Assembly: GCF_006345805.1 (NCBI RefSeq)
Contig: NC_043022.1
Span: 11,098,001-11,162,000 of the forward strand
From: Octopus sinensis
Taxonomy: Eukaryota
Direction: 5' to 3'
DNA length: 64,000 nucleotides
In this document: positions 55,771-64,000 of the stretch, one piece after another
Numbering within the stretch: position 1 is the first letter of the stretch
Layout: every line of letters starts with the position of its first letter
The notes under the pieces: model-generated
Database searches by the model: none
Told to the model about the DNA's origin: nothing
Seen by the model: the letters and a program-made list of their open reading frames with translations, nothing else
Position numbers and translations under genes: made by a program

Positions 55771-58679
55771 TTCATTAAATGTTCTAAAAGTTTTGGAATT
55801 CCCATCCCATTTACACTTGTGTCTTAATAATACTTAAATTCAAATAGCTAAACATTCTCTAATAGTAGATCTACCTTAAATATATTTAATTTTCTTTATC
55901 TTGCAACATGAATGTTGTCGTGGGTAGTTTACATCACACATACGCTTCTTCAAGATAAATATTGCCTCTGCAGTAATTTGATAACAAATGAATTCTACCG
56001 TAACTTCTTGTAATCGAAACTCTTTACAACCGTTAGATAAACTTGCAGATAATACTTTGCACCTGTTTATCATATTAGCTAGCAGTAGTAGACAAACTTC
56101 CAGATACATAATCAATCTCACGTGTGATAAGTTTGAATTCATCTAGCGCCACTGGGACTAGTATACATGTCTTTTCAGTTGCAGTGACGTCATCGTCAAG
56201 GCTTTTGATGAATCAGTTTAATGTATTATGTTAGTTAAGTGATGTTACTCCTTCTCTCTCTTTCTCCACCCCATATCTAGGCTAATAAGTAAATAAAACC
56301 CGTCAATTTCGACGATGAGTATTCAGTTGTTCAACCAACTGTACTACTTGCTCATGAAATTAGAGTATAAACGGCTGAGTATTCTTCTAACGCGCAATTT
56401 AAACGTGTATCTTTGACGTACTCCTTCGCTACTCTCAAAATGACGCTGTGGGAGAAATTTGGACATTTGAATAACAGACACAATCCATCTGAATGAATGA
56501 TACACAGTTTCTATCATCCTATTTTCACTCATAGAATTTGGTTGATATGAGGTAATAGTAAAAGACGTTTTCCTACGCATTGAAATAGAATTCTTGACTT
56601 TATGAGTGTATAGCGAAATTCTTAACCATTCAGTTATGCTGTGCACGTACACACACACACACACACACACACGTGTATATGGGAGCTAACTAAGTTGTCT
56701 TCATAGACAAATAGGCAAAGTGGTAAAGTAGAAATAAAAAGATTACTGTATTCTGTAATACATAGAGAGATAATCAAAAACCGATATCTCAATGTAATTT
56801 GAACTCAAAGCATAGAAGAATGCAACTAAATAATGATATGCATTTAGGCCAGGTTACATTTAAAAAAATTTTCTTCGTGGATTAGTCGGAGAGAAAGGCG
56901 GTATTTCTCGGGGTAAGAGGTAGCGGGCTGTCTTGATATTGGAGGCTTGGCCCAAATACTTGTGACATAATAGATTTTGTTAAAAGCACCCAACAGGCAG
57001 GTGGCGGCATTAAACTGGGCGATGAATTAAATGTACCATCTAAGAACAGGAACTGTTCCTCCAACAGGTTTCTAAATAGATTACGTCTACCATATTGCAC
57101 TCGAAAATTATAGGCCGACCCGAGGATATATGGTAAGAGACACAAAGTACTAAAACACTTAGATTGAATCCGAAACCACGTAGTTGCGAAGTAAAATTAT
57201 TAATCACACAGCCATGGAAACTAAATGAATTGCACACACAAACACACACATTCATTCATTCTAACAGTCATACATTCCATTAAAACCGGGCTATTCATAA
57301 GGCGAATAGAACTTTTAGGTTCATAGCCCCATGTGAGTTAGATATATCGTAACTTCCGACTTCCCAACATTTTATTTGAAAAAGCACCATAACTGAATTC
57401 ATCAGAATATACACCCTACATTTTTATTTACCAACGTCATTTCCTATACACAGAATGTCATCTGGTTTACAGGAATTGCTGATAAATACCATTCCTTATG
57501 CTTAACTCATGTCTTCTTTAAATATATACACAATCGCTTCAACAAAAATTTCAGTTGGAAGATAAACTATAGGGAAATAAAAATATATACTCAGAGTTGG
57601 GAGAGACCTATGTAATCATTTTTGAGGTCCAGTCATAGGTGTAAGTGATAGCTTCATCGTTCGAATATTGATGAAAACTTTGTGACAAGCGTCATATCAG
57701 TGTTTGGGTACGGCTAGAACGTCGGATGAAAAAAGAAAGCGAAAAAACAGTCGTCAGAAAAAGAAAAAGAAAAAATACATGGGATTCGATCAAATGTAAC
57801 CTTGTTTGACTGGAAGAGCGTCGATCATAAGTTTGTTCAAGTCATCAGTAGTTGAATAAATAATTCTCCTAGGAGTCCAGAGACATTTGAGAGAAGTAAA
57901 CCAGGGAAATAAGCCCAAAGCGTGGATAATTAAACCTTAGATGCTACATCATGAAAAGCACCTGCTCAAGCGTTACTACTTATACACGACTTCTTTTTTG
58001 GCAAAATCTGATATAACTCATCTCCCTGCAGACGTTTTTATTCCCAAAGTTTGTGTGTGTGTGTGTGTGTGTGGAAGCTACCAAGGTGACCTAAGCTGCA
58101 TACATATACGCGCATAAATATTTCTAAGCATACATAATAAATCTGTAACACATACATCGCACATTAAGTGCATGTGTGTATATACATATGTATATATGTA
58201 TAGCACAGAGAGAGGTGACAGGGTAAGAGGGGTTACTGTGCTAAAGGAATTAAGGTTGAGCTGGCAGGAAATAATGAACAGGTGGAAGAAGGTGATACTT
58301 AGGGGTGGGGTGTGAAAATGGTAGAATAGAGCAATGAAGAGAAACCGTGGAGAACCGACGAAATAAAAAATTGAAAATTAAAAAATGAAGAATGAAAAAC
58401 GAAAAAATAAAAAAATATACATTAAATATTTTTAAAATATATTAAAAATTAAGATATTAAAGAAGTTAAAAAAAAAACTATCTTAAAGATAACGAGAGAC
58501 TGAGGCATTAATATAAATATATTTGTATGAACAGTGAACATGTTTTTGGAAATCCTATTTTAGAAAGGTTTCTTTTCCTTTTGTTTTGTTTTTTCAAAGT
58601 TCAAAGGTTCGAAAGTTTCAAAATCTTAGAAAGTTTAAAAGGTCTAGCGAGTATTGATTGATTGATGAATGGGTAGGTA

Positions 58680-58749
58680 GATTGATAGGTAGGTAGATAA
58701 ATAGATAGATAGGTAGGTATTTAAATAGACAGGTAGATAGATAGACAGG

Positions 58750-58817
<68 letters not shown>

Positions 58818-58868
58818 GGTAGATAGACAGACAGACAGACAGACAAAAAGACAGACAGACAGACAGAT
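58680..58868. repeat. (GGTA)/(GATA)n/(GACA)n microsatellite
   Basis: Direct inspection. Confidence 0.97.
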
Positions 58869-58869
58869 G

Positions 58870-59490
58870 GGACCTACTGTTGGCGTGTTATCTGTGTGTA
58901 GCCTTGTTGCTAGTGCTAGGGTTAGTTGGCTAAGAGAGCGCTTTCGGATCTATAATCCTTCGTCAGACTTTACTCTTCACCTGGTTATTACTGCTGGCGT
59001 TGGTTAGAAATAAAGCAGCAAATTTATTTCCAACCGTCAAGTTCGTTCTGGTGGTTGAGGCTGGGTACCTTCTTATTAATAAAACGTGCCACCTTTATTC
59101 GGAGGTTGATTGCATCTGTTCCCATGACCAGTATCCGGGTGGAGAATTCTCCACCGCAGTGTTGGTGGTGTTGGAATATAGTGCTGGGTGTCATGGCCCT
59201 ATGAAGATGTTCTTTCACTCTGACCTGAAGCTGTCATTTGGTCGATCCAACGTAATATTCTCGCAAGTACAGGTAATTTTATATATTACATTCGTTTGAA
59301 AACATAGCCTGGTACTGTCCGTTGGCTGTCTGGTTCTGATGGGACATTGGTTCAGACAGCATGTGTTCCGTATGTTGTTGTTGTGGGAGATATAGTGTTG
59401 AGGGTGTGACCTCGCCTCGTGATTCTGACAGGGAGGCCAGACTTTCTGTTGGTTTCCAACCCTTTTTCGTAGTACGGGAGGTTGATATTT
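58870..59490 (-). mobile_element. 5'-truncated Penelope-like element (GIY-YIG domain plus 3' UTR)
   Basis: NVIYKITCTC-(frameshift)-EYYVGSTK*QLQVRVKEHL...INLRIKVARFI..PSLN, stop at 59024. Confidence 0.88.
58932..58970 (-). ncRNA. Minimal type I hammerhead ribozyme
   Basis: AAGT-CTGACGA-A-GGAT(TATAG)ATCC-GAA-AGCGCT-C-TCTT: full CUGANGA/GAAA core, 4-bp stem II, palindromic stem III, CUC cleavage triplet. One mismatch at the first stem I pair. Confidence 0.8.
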
Positions 59491-59493
59491 ATC

Positions 59494-59668
59494 CGCGAAA
59501 TGCTTAGCGGTATTTCGTCTATCTTTGTGTTCTGAGTTCAAATTCCGCCGGGGTCGACTTTGCCTTTCATCCTTTCGGAGTCGATAAATTAAGTACCAGT
59601 TGCGTACTGGGGTCGATCTAATCGAGTGGGCCCCCTCCCCAAACATTTGTGTCTACAGTAGAAAAGTG
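59494..59668 (+). mobile_element. SINE family B, young copy, slightly 5'-truncated
   Basis: GCGAAATGCTTAGCGGTATTTCGTC..GAGTTCAAATTCCGCCG..AAGTACCAGTTGCGTACTGGGGTCGAT. Confidence 0.9.
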
Positions 59669-59829
59669 GGACTTGTGCTACTGCATTACTGATGACAGAT
59701 TTTGTATCGGATTTACACTTCGTAACATTCAGAGATATGCATTCACTACTAGTTTCATCCGTCAGGTTACTTCTATTACAAGAGAACAAGGATTTACAGG
59801 CATATGGTAATGAAAAGATGGATATTAGT

Positions 59830-61200
59830 GCTGTTACAAAGTTTTTTTAACTGGAAAAATGTTTTGGAATGGTGTTCCAAGTCCTTAATAATTAGTTTTC
59901 TGCACTCCTCTCGGACACACCTGTCTTTAATCGCTTTAGATATTTTTTAAAGTCCACCCTAAGATCAATAAATTTTTGCTTCCAAATTGAGCTACTTTGA
60001 AATTCAATCAAATGCATTTCAAAATCAATCATATCTATCCATGAAAAAATTTGTAAGTTTACTTCTTCCAGTTTGATAACGTCTGGAAACTTCATGAATT
60101 TTGATGTCTCTTTCAGCTCGCTGAAATTATCAATCCTTACAAAACACTGTTCAACAGTTGACTCGATAACGTTTACAAACAGCTTTTAAAGATATTGGCG
60201 CTCTGTTCTGTCATCTTTTGAGAGATCATTGATATACCTCTTCACGTTTGGGAATTATCTAAATTTCTCATTGAAGTCATTCAAATGTTCACAAGAATCT
60301 ACAAAAAACACCAGTCTACAAACCCACATGATGTCAGACAATTCTTGATAAGAAACATGTTGGTCATTCAAAAAGAGCTTTATCTCAATTAAGTATTCAA
60401 CAAATCGTTTCAGAGCCAAACTTCGGCTAAGCCATCGAACATTGTTATACATTTTCAGTCTTTTATACACAGTTTCTACCTCATTCAGTAACACTTGAAA
60501 TTGTCTCTTATTTAAAGCCCGAGCAGAGATGTAATTAACAACCTTGTTAACAGTCTGCATCACTTACTGACGATCCTTCAGGCTAGTTTTTGCACATAAA
60601 ACCTCGTCATGTGTGATGCAATGAAAACCTATCAGTGTATGATGAACTTGTTTTGCAAACAGATTTACAAATCCAGCTTTCTTACCATTCATGGTGGGGG
60701 GCACCATCTGTTGTGACGGGTACTACTTTTGAAATGTCAATTTGTCGAGAAGAGAATTCGTTCACAGTTGCTTTACATATTTCAGCCCCGGTAGGTCGCT
60801 TAGGCAGTGTTAGAAGAGCAAACATCTCTTCACATATTTCATCACCTTTACAAAATCGAGAAAAAATGGCTAACCTAGCTGATGATGTAATGTCCGTCCT
60901 TCCATCAAAACAAATAGAAAAAACTTACATGAAAACAAATCTTTTGTCAATTGTTCAGAAGTATTCTTCTCCAACTTAAGTGTTCTATCCTCAACTGTTT
61001 TCTTACTCATAGACAATTCTTTAATGCACTGAAGAATCTTTTTCTTTTCTGAAAAATTATCAAAATGGAAAGATATACACTCTAGCCAAACTTCTTTAAT
61101 ATACTCCCCATTAATGAGTGGCTTTCCAAGCTGATTAATAACTTTTGAAACCTCGAAACTAGCAGCAGCTAAGTTGGAGCTGGGCTTGCCCGAGATAAAG
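59830..61200 (-). mobile_element. hAT (Charlie/SPIN/Buster-type) transposase remnant
   Basis: TDGAP, FHCITHDEVLCAK, VNKVVNYISARALNKRQFQVLL.E....Y..L...NNVRWLSR..ALKRF...L.EIKLFL, F.VD..EHLN. Frameshifted; no TIRs found. Confidence 0.9.
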
Positions 61201-61319
61201 TTTATAAAATTATCAGCCTGTTGGCCTGTTTTTTTTTCTTTTTTTCTTTTAGAGAAATCAGAGAAGTGGAAATGAGGACAACATAGTGGTGCTCCAGGCC
61301 ACGAAAAGGGATTGCATTA

Positions 61320-61780
61320 ACTAGAGAGGACAATCACTGAATATGATAGTCCAGGGATCGAAAGAAAAGTTGGAAAGGACCACAAAATCGATAACCCTGG
61401 AAGAAATAGTAATGACAGTAAGGGTAGAAGGAAGAGTAAATCGCTTCTTTAAACGTGGCCTGAAGGGCCACATTAGAGCAGATTATACGATAAGGTCAAG
61501 AAAACCAGAGGTAAAACAACCAGATAATGTGGAGGAGGATAAAGAAGAGAGCAGCAGAAAGGAAGAATCCATCCAATCCACACACTCTCAGACCCACCCT
61601 CTCCCTGCAGACACCAAGCCTACCCATTCCCATCCGACACAAAAACAAAAAAACAAAAAAACAAACACGCACAAAGAAGCTCTAAACTCCTCCCACAAGG
61701 CAAAAAAAGAGGAAAAATACAAACTGTACATGTTATTTAACGACATGGGATATAAAGTGTGTTGGAACTGCTGGATTTGA
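61320..61780 (+). mobile_element. Decayed ORF1 (gag-like) fragment of an L1/Tx1-type non-LTR element
   Basis: VRVEGR..FFKRGLKGHIRADY: each of the three Cys of a CX2CX4HX4C knuckle is one substitution away (TTC, CGT, TAT). Followed by a charged, low-complexity tail. Confidence 0.5.
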
Positions 61781-61789
61781 TAACATTGA

Positions 61790-63000
61790 GGAGTATCAGA
61801 AGTGTGTGGTACCTGATAAGAAGCAGGAAAAGAGAATAATTGCGTTTGAGGTCAGATTTAGTTCTTGGGAGGTGGACTGCAGCTGGAGCTCACTCCCAGG
61901 TCTAACAACATCCGATAGGTGGTTAAAGGAGACGGGAACTGATCTTTTAGAAGGATCAGGGTTCAAAAGGTAGAAAATGAGGCCACTCATAAGTGGGGCG
62001 GGTGGTTCCATTTCCATTTTTCATATTCATATTTTCATGCATTATAACATACATTTTTGTTTTATATGTTTTATGTCCCACATGTCTTACCGGTTTGTTC
62101 CCTCTGTGTGTCCCGGTATAGATAATAAAAAAAGGCAACGAACCGTTCACTTCGGACGACTGTGATTTTCAGTGTGATTTTTTTGTGGGAGGAAGGTGGG
62201 AGATGTTACTGTTTTGCAGTTGATGGTATTGTTGAGGCGTCTCGAGCGTGTTTCTGTTGTTTTCTGCAGTTGTTTTGGTTCTTTTTCTTCCCATTGGCGG
62301 CGGAGAAGGGCGTGGAATCGCGGAGAGCTGCGCGGGGGCTGCTGCGGTGGTTGCTGCTGCACTGTTGGAGGCCGGGAGGGTACACGTGGATGGGGATGAA
62401 GTGTCGAGGGGTTTGTGTTTGGTGGAGGAGGAGAGCGCAATCTAGCTGGTCCCCCCACAGGAGTCGGTGGAGGAGAGGAGTGGGGGAGCAGTGGTGTGCC
62501 ACACGTGGGCGATCGCCACAGGTTGGATTGAGAAGCTGTCGGAAGACGTGAAGGAGTGCCTAGGGGATGTCATGCAAGAGGCGACATTCGTGAGCGGAGG
62601 AGGGAGGTGTGACGCAGAAGAGGTGAGGTTTGCAACGGGGGAAGAGGCGGCCTCGCACTCCGCTGCTGTCCTGGGCTCGGAGAGGGTGGTGCTGTTGTCC
62701 ATGTGTGTGGGAGGGCGCTGCGTCCAGGTCGGGATGGTTGGGGTGCCGCCTGAAATTGGGACAGAGTGGTTGGTGGCGGCCATTCTAATGACCACCGAGG
62801 GTGGACCGGAGCTCGGAGATGTTGGCAGGGGCGGATGTGTTGAATTGTTGGGGAAGCGGAGTGGAGATGTGGCTCTTCATTACATTTGTGGATATGGAGG
62901 GCCTTCCCTGCCAAGTGGAGATTTGGGGGGAGAGTTCCTTGTAGGTGGTAGTAGAGGGTCGCGGGCCCAATTGTTGGATCTGCGGTGAGGGGGCTTGCAC
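61790..63000 (-). mobile_element. GC-rich block with P/S/T-rich minus-strand frames, probable non-LTR ORF1 C-terminal region
   Basis: GC content clearly above the flanks; several overlapping 100-170 aa ORFs; no catalytic motif seen. Confidence 0.35.
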
Positions 63001-63369
63001 GTGTATTGAAATGGACGTGTATGTGTGAAAGAGAGAGACAGGAAGAGGGAGAAAGAGAGAGAGTGAGTGAAGGGGTGTGTTGTCATGTATACATACATCA
63101 ATACATATGCATGCATCTTCCTTGTACATGTGTGTGCGTGTGTGTGTGAGTGAGAGAGACAGACAGTGAGCGAGTGAATGAACGAGTGTTCTTACATATG
63201 CGTGGCACTCTCTCTATTATGATGTACTATATGTCATATTATAAAAATTGAATCTAATTCATAGCGTATAATACACGAATACTTATAAACACAAATGGAT
63301 ACAAATATCTACTCGTCAGCTGTTAACTGAAGATAAAAGCAATTTTGGTAAATTTTATCGACAGGATTT

Positions 63370-63500
63370 CTTAGTTCAGAGTGCCGGGAGGGTGTATAGT
63401 AGATTGGAATTATTTCAGTAGAGTGGAAACCAAAGTTGATACCGTCAGGATTCGAAATTAGAACTTAGGAGACATAAAATACATTTTATTCTGGTTCCTT
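63370..63500 (-). mobile_element. Decayed SINE family B
   Basis: GGAAACCAAAGTTGATACCGTCAGGATTCGAAATTAGAAC resembles the inverted core of the family. Confidence 0.45.
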
Positions 63501-64000
63501 ACTCTTTCTGTAAGCTTTCCTCTTAAAAGAGAGTTCGCAGAATCTGAATAAGTAAATTTCCGAGTTCTTACTCTTGAATGGAGAGTGGAAAAAAGATCCA
63601 AAGGTATTGTTGCTGGCCTGGTTGTAGTTCTCATTCATCAAGCCAATAACATATTTTACCTTTTACCCGATGGGCAAATGTTGAACTTCTGCTCGTCGCA
63701 GGAATCAAATTTATTCGACATTCTCACTACTTTTTCTTTGAAATTTTGCCGATGTTGATCATACCAATTTCTTTAGAATCCAGGCTTTACCTTATATTTA
63801 AGGGACGTTGGTGAAGAGAAATGTGGCATTTAATGAATTTTCTACGTTGTTTGCGATGTAAACGAAGGAAGCGGTTTCAGTTTAGTAAAACTAGGCCACT
63901 GACTTGTTTCTAAATAAGCCAGTAGGGCTTCTCGCTGGAAGTTTACACTACATCAGTGTACTCTTCACTATGAGAGAAAAATCATCTTCAAACTGTCATT

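Noticed and set aside
56120-56200. E-box (CACGTG) and CRE (TGACGTCA) close together
   Set aside because: Short motifs expected by chance; no supporting TSS evidence.
56882-57145. 87-aa minus ORF of protein-like composition
   Set aside because: No polypyrimidine acceptor, begins in a SINE remnant, and no recognised homology.
59748-59767. Minus-strand CTGACGGATGAAAC
   Set aside because: A9 is missing, and there is no stem II and no stem I/III pairing.

Overview
AT-rich, repeat-dominated eukaryotic DNA with a 100-N gap at 43206-43305. The repeat families and the huge (TA)n/(CA)n tracts point to an octopus (coleoid cephalopod) intron or intergenic region; this is recognised from memory, not from a search. 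No complete host gene could be assembled, only isolated exon-like segments, the best at 22821-22876. Nearly all long ORFs in the track are microsatellite read-through or decayed transposon ORFs. Recognisable elements: three CR1-type LINEs, an RTE 3' end, an R4/Dong-type RLE fragment, a Ty3/Gypsy integrase with PPT and 3' LTR, mariner, Tc1, Tigger/pogo and hAT transposons, a non-autonomous Helitron, three tRNA-type SINE families, and several unrelated Penelope-like (GIY-YIG) fragments. The most interesting signals are RNA-structural. First, a near-canonical minimal hammerhead ribozyme lies just 3' of a Penelope GIY-YIG ORF (58932-58970, minus). Second, a hammerhead-shaped motif with a shared non-canonical core (CUGUU instead of CUGAU) occurs in two copies of another Penelope 3' end. 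Third, a SINE and the CR1 LINEs share a 3' end whose terminal stem-loop shows compensatory base-pair changes. All assignments are by eye and TE boundaries are approximate unless termini are stated.
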